57,049 bases of DNA from Pseudomonadota bacterium (lineage in GTDB: Bacteria > Pseudomonadota > Gammaproteobacteria > BMS3Bbin11): assembly GCA_034659075.1 (NCBI GenBank), contig JAYEGM010000194.1, positions 10,577-67,625 of the forward strand, in the 5' to 3' direction. A program made the translations under genes and the position numbers. The notes under the pieces were generated by a model. The model did no database searches. It was not told where the DNA came from and saw only the letters and a program-made list of their open reading frames with translations. How positions within the stretch are numbered: the stretch's first letter is position 1; each line of letters opens with the position of its first letter. This document shows, one piece after another, positions 1 through 9,048 of the stretch.

Positions 1-1
1 C

Positions 2-1018
2 ATGGACATGCAAACTGCCATTCAATATGTGATCTCGGGCAAAAACCTGGCCGCGAGTGAGATGCATCATGTCATGCAACTGATCATGACCGGGGAGGCC
101 ACGCCGGCACAGGTTGGGGGCTTTCTGATTGGCCTGCGTTGCAAGGGTGAAACCGTCGAGGAGATTGCGGCAGCTGCAGAGGTCATGCGCGAGCTTGCTG
201 CACATGTCAATGTTACACCTGATCATCTGGTGGACACCTGCGGCACAGGCGGAGATGCCAGTGGCACATTTAATGTTTCGACAACTTCTGCGCTGGTAGT
301 GGCGGCCGCCGGTGGCAGAGTAGCTAAACATGGCAATCGCTCTATCTCCAGCAACAGCGGCAGTGCCGATGTACTGGAGGCGGCCGGGGTCAGGCTGGAT
401 CTGACACCTGAACAGGTAGCGGAATGTGTCAATGAAATCGGTGTGGGTTTTATGTTTGCGCCCTTGCACCACAGTGCTATGAAACATGCAATCGGCCCTC
501 GCCGGGAGATGGGCGTCAGAACGATTTTTAATATACTGGGGCCATTGACCAATCCTGCCGGGGCACCGAACCAGGTGTTAGGAGTGTTTGCTAAAGAGTT
601 GCTGGAGCCTCTGGCAGAAGTTTTAGCAAAACTCGGTAGTCGGCATGTGCTGGTAGTGCACGGTGAAGATGGCATGGATGAGATCAGTATCTCTGCTCCT
701 ACCTATGTTGCTGAACTGAAAGATTCGGCCATTAGTACCTATAGCATGAACCCGGAACAGTTCGGTCTGACTACGCAGCCTATAGAAAAAATCAAAGTGA
801 ATGACATTGAGAGCAGTCTGCAAATGATGCGGGATGTGCTGGCCAACGTCGATGGTGCGGCACGGGATATTGTTGCCCTTAATGCCGGTGCGGCTATTTA
901 TGCAGCCGGGCTGGCTGATGAAATGGATGCTGGTGTGGAGCGGGCACTGGAAGTGCTTGCCAGCGGTACAGCGGCAGAACGTTTGCAACAGCTGATCAAT
1001 ATGACAAATCAGTTTTAG
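2..1018 (+). CDS. trpD: anthranilate phosphoribosyltransferase
   Basis: 338-aa ORF with TrpD motifs ([34 protein letters not shown]). trpC follows directly. The ATG is at nt 2, at the window edge. Confidence 0.93.
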   Translation: MDMQTAIQYVISGKNLAASEMHHVMQLIMTGEATPAQVGGFLIGLRCKGETVEEIAAAAEVMRELAAHVNVTPDHLVDTCGTGGDASGTFNVSTTSALVVAAAGGRVAKHGNRSISSNSGSADVLEAAGVRLDLTPEQVAECVNEIGVGFMFAPLHHSAMKHAIGPRREMGVRTIFNILGPLTNPAGAPNQVLGVFAKELLEPLAEVLAKLGSRHVLVVHGEDGMDEISISAPTYVAELKDSAISTYSMNPEQFGLTTQPIEKIKVNDIESSLQMMRDVLANVDGAARDIVALNAGAAIYAAGLADEMDAGVERALEVLASGTAAERLQQLINMTNQF

Positions 1019-1031
1019 GGTTGGCTGTACG

Positions 1032-1838
1032 ATGAGCAAGGTCGCTGACATACTGGTTAAAATTCTTGACACCAAGGCACGAGAGGTCGCAGAGAGGAAG
1101 CGACACATCCCGCTGCGGCAGATTCAGTCTGAACTTGAGGGCATAAAACCGACTAGAGATTTCATCGCGGCCATCAGAGAGCGCGTCGAAGCAGGCAGGG
1201 CGGCAACCATAGCAGAAATCAAAAAAGCCTCTCCCAGCAAGGGTGTCATGCGGGAGAATTTTGATCCGGCCCAGATTGCCCGCAGTTATGAAGCCGGCGG
1301 TGCAGCCTGCCTGTCGGTGCTTACCGATGTTGAATACTTTCAGGGTAATGATGACTATCTGAAGCAGGTGAAAGAGGCCTGTTCACTCCCTGTATTGCGT
1401 AAGGAATTTATTATCGATCCCTACCAGGTCTATGAATCACGTCTGATCGGTGGAGATTGCATACTGCTGATTGTGGCTGCACTGGATGATCAGCAGCTGA
1501 AGGAGTTCACCGATCTGGCCCATACACTGGGCATGGCTGTGCTGGTAGAAGTGCATGATGCAGAAGAGCTGGCACGCGCGCTGAACCTGGATGCCACATT
1601 AATCGGTATCAATAACCGTAATCTGCGTACCTTTGAGACCTCACTGCAGACGACGGTGTCGCTGTTGCCAGCAATCCCTGCTGATCGAATAATCGTCACC
1701 GAGAGTGGCATACATGAGCGATCAGACGTGGAAAACATGCTGCAACATAATGTACGTGCGTTCCTTATTGGTGAAGCCTTTATGCGCGCCGACGAGCCGG
1801 GTGTCCGGCTGGCACAATTGTTTGAGGGAATATTATGA
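1032..1838 (+). CDS. trpC: indole-3-glycerol-phosphate synthase
   Basis: 268-aa ORF with IGPS motifs ([36 protein letters not shown]). Starts 13 nt after trpD. Confidence 0.93.
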   Translation: MSKVADILVKILDTKAREVAERKRHIPLRQIQSELEGIKPTRDFIAAIRERVEAGRAATIAEIKKASPSKGVMRENFDPAQIARSYEAGGAACLSVLTDVEYFQGNDDYLKQVKEACSLPVLRKEFIIDPYQVYESRLIGGDCILLIVAALDDQQLKEFTDLAHTLGMAVLVEVHDAEELARALNLDATLIGINNRNLRTFETSLQTTVSLLPAIPADRIIVTESGIHERSDVENMLQHNVRAFLIGEAFMRADEPGVRLAQLFEGIL

Positions 1839-2254
1839 AAGTAGAAGTCGACTGGGCCGGCGGAATCGCCTTCGAGGCAAACGCAGATAGCGGCCATAAA
1901 GTCATGATGGATGCCAGTCCTGCAGCCGGTGGTGAAAATAAAGGCGCCAGGCCGATGGAGTTATTGCTGATGGGATTGGGGGGCTGCTCATCCATTGACG
2001 TCATACTAATGCTGAAAAAATCTCGTCAGGATGTCACGGATTGCAAGTGCATCATTGAGGCAGAACGTGCCGACGCCGTTCCTGCTGTTTTTACCCATAT
2101 ACATGTACATTTCATCGTCGCCGGCAAAGGTTTGAGCACTAAACATGTCGAACGTGCGATCAGGCTTTCAGCAGAAAAATACTGCTCGGCATCGATAATG
2201 CTGGCGAAAGCGGTGGAAATTACGCATGATTACGAAGTAATAGAAGAAGGCTAA
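1835..2254 (+). CDS. OsmC family protein
   Basis: 139 aa. The ATG overlaps the trpC stop (ATGA at 1835-1838). OsmC/Ohr-like pattern with two conserved Cys contexts ([16 protein letters not shown]). Confidence 0.8.
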   Translation: MKVEVDWAGGIAFEANADSGHKVMMDASPAAGGENKGARPMELLLMGLGGCSSIDVILMLKKSRQDVTDCKCIIEAERADAVPAVFTHIHVHFIVAGKGLSTKHVERAIRLSAEKYCSASIMLAKAVEITHDYEVIEEG

Positions 2255-2257
2255 AGA

Positions 2258-2360
2258 GGAAAGTGGAAAGGGGAAAGTGAGCTTGTTTTGGTTTTCATCC
2301 TTAGTCCTTAGTCCTTAGTCCTTAGTCTTAAAACTTGAAACTTAAAACTTGAAACTAAGT
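2258..2360. repeat. heptanucleotide-phased tandem repeat block
   Basis: GGAAAGT/GGAAAGG/GGAAAGT at 2258-2278. TCCTTAG x4 at 2298-2325. Then TCTTAAA, ACTTGAA, ACTTAAA, ACTTGAA, ACTAAGT to 2360. Read directly from the sequence. Confidence 0.9.
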
Positions 2361-2363
2361 TCT

Positions 2364-4046
2364 ATGCATGACCCACAGCAAACAGCCGACCGCTTCGATG
2401 CTATCCTTGATAGCTACTATAAAGCCTGGTTTCGTTATCACCCGGAGCAGGCCGTCGAGGTAGGTCATGACGCCTGCGCTGATCGGTTAATGCCCTACGG
2501 CGATGACGATATGGGTGCCTTGATTACGCTTAATCGTGAGCTGATATTCAGTCTTGAAGAACTGGATGCCGAAGCACTGGATGCCGACAGGTTGATCGAT
2601 TATGAGCTGGTCTGGAGCAGTGCCGCGCTGGAGACCGAGGAACTGCTTGAGGCAGACTGGCGCTATCTTGATCCTGAGTGCTATCTGCCGGTTGAAGCAA
2701 TTTATCAATTACTGGTGCGTCCGGTCAGCAATTTCGAACAGGCGCTAGCTTCGCGCCTGGCCAGTATTCCACAATACCTGCGCGGTGCCCGGCAGAAGCT
2801 CGGAACCCAGGCCGAGAAAATCCCTGCACTATGGATCAAATCATCTTTGCAGACCGCACGCGAAGGTGCCTGTTTTATACGCTCGATTCCACGGCATCCA
2901 CGGCTGTCAGAATGTGATCAGGCGATACCTGAGCTGGCCGGGCTGGTCAGCAAGGCTGCCACAGCACTTGAGAATTTTGCCAGCTGTATCGAGAGCGATC
3001 TGCTGCCAAAGGCGGCGGGCGACTTTGCCTGTGGTGAGCGACACTTCGGGCATATACTGGGCTTTCAACACTTTCTTGATGTCAATCAGGACAGGATCCA
3101 TGCGCTGGGTCAGGAACTGTATGAGGAAACGGCTTCCCGCTTGCGCGAGGCCTGCATGGTGCTCAACGGCAATGATGATGTGGCCGCTATGACAGCCAAA
3201 CTGGCCGAGAACCATCCGTCCGCTGATCAACTGCTTGATAGTTATCGTCAGTCTATGCTGGATGCCCGCGCCTTTGTTGAAAAGAAGGATATTGTCAGTC
3301 TGCCGGAGACAGAGACCCTGAGCATCATTGATACACCGGCTTTTCTTCGCCATGAGATCCCGTTTGCCGCCTATGACGAGCCACTGCCCAATGACCCCCG
3401 GCAGCAGGCCTGGTATTACGTCACGCCCTGCAACGAGGCTGAACAACTGGCACAGCACGATTATGCCTCAATAGCGCAGACCTGTGTACATGAAGCCTGG
3501 CCGGGCCATCATCTGCAGTTTGTTACGGCAAATATGAACCCTGTTGCCCGCAGCTTGCCGAGATTGTTAAACCCATCTGCTACATTGTATGAAGGCTGGG
3601 CATTGTATTGTGAACAAATGATGCTGGAGCAGGGCTTTAGCCAGACACCTGAACAGGAATTTATTATGCTCAGAGACCGCCTCTGGCGTGCTATGCGCAT
3701 CATGCTGGATGTTGAACTGCATTGTCGCGGGCTGTCGATAGAGGATGCGGCAAAGCGCATGGTTGACGGCCTGGGTATGCAACATGAACAGGCGGTGGCC
3801 GATCTGACATGGTACACACGCTCACCCGGTGTCCCTATGGGCTATGCAACAGGCTGGGCGATCATCAATTGCCTGCGTGAACGACAGATGGCAGAGCAGG
3901 GTGATGGTTTCTCATTGAAGAGCTTTCATGACGCATTGCTTTCCGGTGGCTCTATGGCGCTGGCTCTGGTCATTCGGCGGGTGTTTGGTGATGAGGCCTG
4001 GGCAGATGTAGAGAGTGAAGTTTTCTCTGTTGAGAAGGCAGATTGA
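2364..4046 (+). CDS. DUF885 family protein (metallopeptidase-like)
   Basis: Long ORF with the HEAWPGHHLQ motif and a length typical of DUF885. The track starts it at TTG 2349, which lies inside the heptamer array, so I prefer the in-frame ATG at 2364. Confidence 0.78.
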   Translation: MHDPQQTADRFDAILDSYYKAWFRYHPEQAVEVGHDACADRLMPYGDDDMGALITLNRELIFSLEELDAEALDADRLIDYELVWSSAALETEELLEADWRYLDPECYLPVEAIYQLLVRPVSNFEQALASRLASIPQYLRGARQKLGTQAEKIPALWIKSSLQTAREGACFIRSIPRHPRLSECDQAIPELAGLVSKAATALENFASCIESDLLPKAAGDFACGERHFGHILGFQHFLDVNQDRIHALGQELYEETASRLREACMVLNGNDDVAAMTAKLAENHPSADQLLDSYRQSMLDARAFVEKKDIVSLPETETLSIIDTPAFLRHEIPFAAYDEPLPNDPRQQAWYYVTPCNEAEQLAQHDYASIAQTCVHEAWPGHHLQFVTANMNPVARSLPRLLNPSATLYEGWALYCEQMMLEQGFSQTPEQEFIMLRDRLWRAMRIMLDVELHCRGLSIEDAAKRMVDGLGMQHEQAVADLTWYTRSPGVPMGYATGWAIINCLRERQMAEQGDGFSLKSFHDALLSGGSMALALVIRRVFGDEAWADVESEVFSVEKAD

Positions 4047-4447
4047 AGGCTATGAGTAGCAAACGACCACCGGCTACCACGGGCATGCGACATGTCGCAT
4101 TAAATGTCATCAAACTTGCTGAGACAGAAAGCTTTTACGTTGAGCTGCTGGGAATGCAGGTTGAGTGGCGGCCTGATCAGGATAATGTTTACCTGACCTC
4201 AGGCAACGATAATCTGGCCTTGCACCGGGTGGCTGAACTACCTTCAGGCCCGCAGCACCTTGATCATATCGGGTTTATCATTGGCGAGATTGATAGTGTC
4301 GATACCTGGTATGAATTCCTGCTGCAGCATGACACTGAAATATTCAAGGCGCCCAAAACACATCGGGATGGTGCCAGGAGCTTTTATTGCCGTGACCCGG
4401 ATGGCAATGTCGTGCAGATGATTTTTCATCCGCCTTTAAAGTTGTAG
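4043..4447 (+). CDS. VOC family protein (glyoxalase/bleomycin resistance/dioxygenase fold)
   Basis: 134 aa with a VOC-like pattern (MRHVALNV, HLDHIGF, DPDGNVVQ). The TTG start at 4043 overlaps the upstream stop. An alternative in-frame ATG is at 4052. Confidence 0.78.
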   Translation: MKAMSSKRPPATTGMRHVALNVIKLAETESFYVELLGMQVEWRPDQDNVYLTSGNDNLALHRVAELPSGPQHLDHIGFIIGEIDSVDTWYEFLLQHDTEIFKAPKTHRDGARSFYCRDPDGNVVQMIFHPPLKL

Positions 4448-4510
4448 GGGCGCCGTTCCCGGCGCGATGGATTTTGCATGTTGTTAGAGAATCGCGCCGG
4501 GGACGGCGCT
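4448..4510. repeat. GC-rich inverted repeat with 20-bp stem (REP-like or bidirectional terminator)
   Basis: Positions 4449-4468 pair with 4491-4510 (18 Watson-Crick pairs plus 2 G-T pairs) around a 22-nt loop. It lies between two convergent genes. No U-tract on either strand. Confidence 0.7.
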
Positions 4511-4541
4511 ACAGTAAAATATAGTAGTCTTTACCAGGCCG

Positions 4542-6407
4542 TTAAGCATCAAGTTCTTCCCATCGTGAGTAAGCCATTTCCAGCTCACTATCAATTTCTG
4601 TAAGTTTTTTCTGATCTTTGGCTATATCTTCTTTAGCATGTTTAAAGTAATCCGGATCAGCCATGCTGTCATGTAGCGCCAGCTGAGCCTGTTCCAGCCG
4701 TTGAATCATCTGCGGCAGTTCATCCAGTTCCCGCTGTAGTTTATAACTGAGTTTCAGCTGTTTTTTGGCGACCGTTTTAGCAGCAGCTGATTTTTTTGCC
4801 GGTTTTTTTTCTGCTTTTGCGTCTGTTCGTTGCCGCATCCAGTCATCATAACCGCCAACATATTCATCGATTACGCCATTACCCTCAAACGACAGGGTAG
4901 ACGTCACGACGTCATTGATGAAGCTGCGGTCATGGCTGATCAGCAGCAGGGTTCCCGTGTACTCGATCATCAGTTGTTCGAGCAGGTCCAGGGTTTCAAA
5001 GTCCAGGTCATTGGTGGGTTCATCCAGTACCAGCACATTGGAGGGGCGGCAGAACATTTTGGCCAGCAGCAGGCGATTTTTTTCACCGCCGGACAGGGCA
5101 TTGACCGGGCTGCGTGCCCGGTCTGGAGCAAAAAGAAAATCCTGCAGGTAGCTGATGACGTGCTTCTCACGACCATTGATCGTTACCGAGTCCTTACCTA
5201 GGGCAAGGTTGTCGATCACCGTCGCATTATCATCCAGCTGCGCACGCTGCTGGTCAAAATAGGCAATATCCAGACGGGTACCGTGTTTTACGGTTCCTTT
5301 CTGTGGCTGCAGTTCTCCCAGCAGCAGCCGCAGCAGGGTGGTCTTGCCCACGCCGTTGGGTCCCAGCAGACCAATCTTGTCACCGCGCATGATAGTAATA
5401 GAAAAGTCTTTGACTATCGGCTGCTCATCATAGGCGTAGCTGATATTTTCCGCCTCGATGACAATTTTTCCTGATTTTTCACTCTGCTGGATAGCGAGGT
5501 TTACATTGCCCACACGTTCACGCCGTGCTTTGCGCTGCCGACGTAATTCTTCCAGCGCCCTGACGCGGCCTTCGTTGCGAGTACGCCGGGCCTTGATGCC
5601 CTGGCGTATCCAGGTTTCTTCAGCCGCCAGTTTTTTGTCCTCCAGCGCCTCATTTTTTAGCTCCGCAGACAGCATCAGCTCACGGTTCTTACGGTATTCA
5701 TCATAATCACCCGGCCAGGAAGTCAGCTGCCCCCGTTCCAGTTCAATGATGCGTGTCGCTAGCCGCCGGACGAAGCGTCGATCATGCGAGACAAAAACCA
5801 GCGTAGTATTTTGTGCCAGCAGGAAGTCCTCCAGCCATTCAATCATGCTGATATCGAGGTGGTTGGTCGGTTCGTCCAGCAGCAGAATATTGGGTTCCTG
5901 TACCAGCGCACGGCCAAGCAGAACGCGACGGGACTGGCCACCTGACAATGAAAGAAAATCCTCATCACCGTTAAGCAGTAGTTTTGATAATACGATTTCT
6001 ATACGCTGAATGTAGTGCCAGGCGTTTGCAGAGTCTATTTTTTCCTGCGCCTGATGCATACGATCCATGCTGGCCGGGTCGCCTGTCTGCTGACTGTAGC
6101 GGTGATAGTCATTAATGTGCTTGCCAATATCGCCGAGGCCGGATGCAATAACTGCATAATTCGTACCGCTGATATCTCCGGCAACATCCTGAGACATGCG
6201 GGCGACCACCAGACCAGAACGAAACTGGATTTCGCCGGAATCAGGCAGAACTTCTTTAGTCAACAGTTTTAGCAGGGTGGATTTGCCGCAGCCATTGCGG
6301 CCCAGCAGGGCAATGCGCTCACCCTCCTCGATGCGGAGGTTGATGTTTTCCATCAGGGGGGGGTGACCGAACCCCAGGGTGATGTCGCGGAGGGTGACGA
6401 GACTCAT
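4542..6407 (-). CDS. uup: ABC-F family ATPase, Uup-like
   Basis: 621 aa with two ABC cassettes (Walker A GRNGCGKST and GPNGVGKTT; signatures LSGGQ and LSGGE). No TM domain. Charged C-terminal coiled-coil tail. Confidence 0.88.
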   Translation of the reverse strand: MSLVTLRDITLGFGHPPLMENINLRIEEGERIALLGRNGCGKSTLLKLLTKEVLPDSGEIQFRSGLVVARMSQDVAGDISGTNYAVIASGLGDIGKHINDYHRYSQQTGDPASMDRMHQAQEKIDSANAWHYIQRIEIVLSKLLLNGDEDFLSLSGGQSRRVLLGRALVQEPNILLLDEPTNHLDISMIEWLEDFLLAQNTTLVFVSHDRRFVRRLATRIIELERGQLTSWPGDYDEYRKNRELMLSAELKNEALEDKKLAAEETWIRQGIKARRTRNEGRVRALEELRRQRKARRERVGNVNLAIQQSEKSGKIVIEAENISYAYDEQPIVKDFSITIMRGDKIGLLGPNGVGKTTLLRLLLGELQPQKGTVKHGTRLDIAYFDQQRAQLDDNATVIDNLALGKDSVTINGREKHVISYLQDFLFAPDRARSPVNALSGGEKNRLLLAKMFCRPSNVLVLDEPTNDLDFETLDLLEQLMIEYTGTLLLISHDRSFINDVVTSTLSFEGNGVIDEYVGGYDDWMRQRTDAKAEKKPAKKSAAAKTVAKKQLKLSYKLQRELDELPQMIQRLEQAQLALHDSMADPDYFKHAKEDIAKDQKKLTEIDSELEMAYSRWEELDA

Positions 6408-6522
6408 GAATAGTAGCTGTTTGAATAGGACTGAATAAGGCTATTGTACCTTAGGGGCAGCCTGAATATTCTGGGCGGAGCCGGTTGTGATATAAAATGC
6501 CGGCTAAAGATTCAGGGGGTAA

Positions 6523-6696
6523 CTATTTATCGTCCAGTTCAATCATTTCGAATTCAGCTTTAGTGACGCCGCATTCCGGGCATTGCCAGTTATCCGGGAT
6601 ATCATCCCAGCTGGTACCCGGAGAAATGCCCTCATCCGGCAGGCCTTTTTCTTCTTCATAGATGAACCCACACACAACACATTGCCATTTACGCAT
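6523..6696 (-). CDS. rubredoxin
   Basis: Absent from the ORF track because it is under 60 aa. The reverse-strand translation is MRKWQCVVCGFIYEEEKGLPDEGISPGTSWDDIPDNWQCPECGVTKAEFEMIELDDK (57 aa). It has the two rubredoxin CxxCG knuckles (CVVCG, CPECG). Confidence 0.9.
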   Translation of the reverse strand: MRKWQCVVCGFIYEEEKGLPDEGISPGTSWDDIPDNWQCPECGVTKAEFEMIELDDK

Positions 6697-6946
6697 AGAG
6701 ACACTTCCAGTATTCAGAGTTTCACGGGTGACAGGCTGGCTGCCAGATAAAACAGAGTTTAACAGGATTGTGCTTTGATATATGCATGATGTTCACAGGG
6801 TTTAGAGTGTATTTGATGACGAAAGGAGAATGAACAGGCGTGCTTCCCGTATATATGCCGGTAGTAAGCCTTAGCTCACATATTATCAATGGGTTTTGTG
6901 TGTTATAAACCTGAATACTAAATTTTCAACGAGAACACAAAACGCC

Positions 6947-7765
6947 ATGCATCATGAAGGGAATCTTCGCAAGCTGAGATCTCATCTGACGGACCCTGTA
7001 GAATACGGCATGCCGCTGAACAAGATTGTTGTGCCGCTAAACCCGCTGGTTGGTAAATATATCTCTCTTAGATATTCAGGGTTGATCAATTGCATTCACT
7101 GCGGTCGAAAAACCAGCAAGAGTTTTGCCCAGGGTTATTGTTTCCCCTGCATGCGCAGCCTGCCTGAGTGTGATACCTGCATCGTACGACCTGAGACCTG
7201 CCATTTTGCCGCCGGCACCTGCCGTGATGAAGAATGGGGAGAAGCTCATTGTATGCAGGACCATATTGTCTATCTGGCCAATTCATCTGGTGCAAAAGTG
7301 GGCATCACACGAGGCACCCAGGTACCGACACGCTGGATAGACCAGGGGGCATCACAGGCACTGCCGGTATTCAGGGTAAGTAAACGCTTACTCTCGGGTA
7401 AACTGGAGCACATATTGCGACAGCAGGTCTCAGATAGAACCGACTGGCGCAAGATGCTGAAGGGTGAGCCGGAGGCTATTGATTTGCGAGTGTTAAGGGA
7501 TCAGCTGTTCGAAGCCATGAGGTCGCCGGTTGAATCATTGATCGATGAGGAAGAGAGCGGCTCGATAGAACCGCTTGATGCAGAATTGATAGATATCCGT
7601 TACCCGGTGCTCGAATATCCAGAAAAGGTGAGCTCATTAAATTTCGACAAAACACATGAGATCCATGGGCGCTTAATGGGAATTAAGGGGCAGTACCTGA
7701 TTCTCGACAAGGGGGTCATCAATATACGAAAGTTTGCGGGTTACCATATCAGGTTGAGTTACTAG
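6947..7765 (+). CDS. DUF2797 domain-containing protein
   Basis: Cys-rich zinc-ribbon-like region (CIHCGRKTSKSFAQGYCFPCMRSLPECDTC), as I recall for DUF2797. The track start at 6896 is a non-ATG codon, so I prefer the in-frame ATG at 6947. Confidence 0.7.
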   Translation: MHHEGNLRKLRSHLTDPVEYGMPLNKIVVPLNPLVGKYISLRYSGLINCIHCGRKTSKSFAQGYCFPCMRSLPECDTCIVRPETCHFAAGTCRDEEWGEAHCMQDHIVYLANSSGAKVGITRGTQVPTRWIDQGASQALPVFRVSKRLLSGKLEHILRQQVSDRTDWRKMLKGEPEAIDLRVLRDQLFEAMRSPVESLIDEEESGSIEPLDAELIDIRYPVLEYPEKVSSLNFDKTHEIHGRLMGIKGQYLILDKGVINIRKFAGYHIRLSY

Positions 7766-7918
7766 ATACCCTGGGTTTACATTATTCGAAGAAGACTTTT
7801 ATTACTGCCAGGTTCCTTAATAGTTCTTTCTGTTACTCGAAGGTGCCTAAATTTAGAGTCTGTTGATGGGGTATACTAGCCAACAATCAGAAGAATAGTA
7901 TTATCAGAGGAATCACAG

Positions 7919-9043
7919 ATGCAACAAGATATAGCAATAATTCGTAAATACCTGAAACATGACCTAACGGAAGTATTGATTCGTTTTAGCCTGATTCTGT
8001 TTCTGGTCGTTATGAGTGTGAAAATCTTCAGCCCGTTTATGGGTTTGATGGTGTGGGCCCTGATACTTGCGGTTACGTTGTATCCACTGCATCAGAAGAT
8101 CGCCAAAAAAAATGGAGGGAAACAAGGGAGGGCAGCAACAATGCTGGTGCTGTCTGGTTTACTTCTGGTTGGTGTTCCCACGGCGTTCCTGGGCGCGTCT
8201 ACCGCCGATTTTGTTCATGAAACCCATGAGGCTTTTGAAAGTAATAGTATAACAATTAAAGCACCTGCAGACTCGGTCGCCGAATGGCCCTTAGTTGGTG
8301 AAAAAGTCCATGCAACCTGGACTATGGCGGCAAATGATCTGCCTGCATTGATTGAAAAAATGCAGCCTCAGCTGGGGAATGTCTCCAAAGCTGCTTTGAG
8401 CTTTGTCGCCGGCGCGGCTAGCGGCATATTGAAGTTCCTGTTTGCGCTAATAATTTCCGGTATCATGATGGCTTACGGGAAATCAGGCAGCGAGGCCATG
8501 CTGAAAATCATTGAGCGTCTGGCTGGGCCGGAAAAGGGTGGTCAGCTGCACATACTGTCTACAGCGACCATCCGCTCCGTCTCCATGGGAGTGCTTGGCG
8601 TAGCCTTCATCCAGGCCCTGTTGCTGGGCGTAGGCTTTGTTTTGGCTGATATCCCAGCAGCTGGACTATTAGCAATTGTCGTCCTGGTATTGGGCATTGC
8701 ACAGATACCAGCGACCCTGGTAACAATTCCGGTGATTGCCTTTCTCTGGTGGAGCGGTGACTCCACCCTCAGCAACGTATTTTTCACCATCTTTTTCGTG
8801 GTCGGAGGCCTCGCGGATAATGTACTTAAACCTATGTTCCTCGGCCGTGGTGTAGAAGCGCCAATGCCGGTCATTCTGCTGGGTGCTCTAGGTGGCATGG
8901 TAACAGGCGGCCTGGTTGGACTATTTGTCGGTGGGGTCATGTTGGCTCTCGGCTACGTGATTTTTATGGACTGGGTAGCCAGTGCTGAAATGGAACAAAG
9001 TGATCAGTCACCTGAGGATGATGCTGTCCCGGTTAGCGAATAA
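7919..9043 (+). CDS. AI-2E family (PerM/UPF0118) transporter
   Basis: 374 aa, multi-pass membrane protein with AI-2E-like topology and a C-terminal Gly-rich TM region. Confidence 0.8.
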   Translation: MQQDIAIIRKYLKHDLTEVLIRFSLILFLVVMSVKIFSPFMGLMVWALILAVTLYPLHQKIAKKNGGKQGRAATMLVLSGLLLVGVPTAFLGASTADFVHETHEAFESNSITIKAPADSVAEWPLVGEKVHATWTMAANDLPALIEKMQPQLGNVSKAALSFVAGAASGILKFLFALIISGIMMAYGKSGSEAMLKIIERLAGPEKGGQLHILSTATIRSVSMGVLGVAFIQALLLGVGFVLADIPAAGLLAIVVLVLGIAQIPATLVTIPVIAFLWWSGDSTLSNVFFTIFFVVGGLADNVLKPMFLGRGVEAPMPVILLGALGGMVTGGLVGLFVGGVMLALGYVIFMDWVASAEMEQSDQSPEDDAVPVSE

Positions 9044-9048
9044 ACGCT

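Noticed and set aside
2298-2360. Possible CRISPR array suggested by the regular short repeats (also 23764-23819 and 39812-39910)
   Set aside because: The units are 7 nt and contiguous with no spacers. No cas genes are in the window. These are tandem or inverted microsatellite-like repeats, not CRISPR.
6407-6468. Four TGAATA motifs (6407, 6422, 6432, 6463) upstream of uup as a possible operator array
   Set aside because: The hexamer is short and AT-rich, the spacing is irregular (15, 10 and 31 nt), and there is no dyad symmetry. This is consistent with chance.
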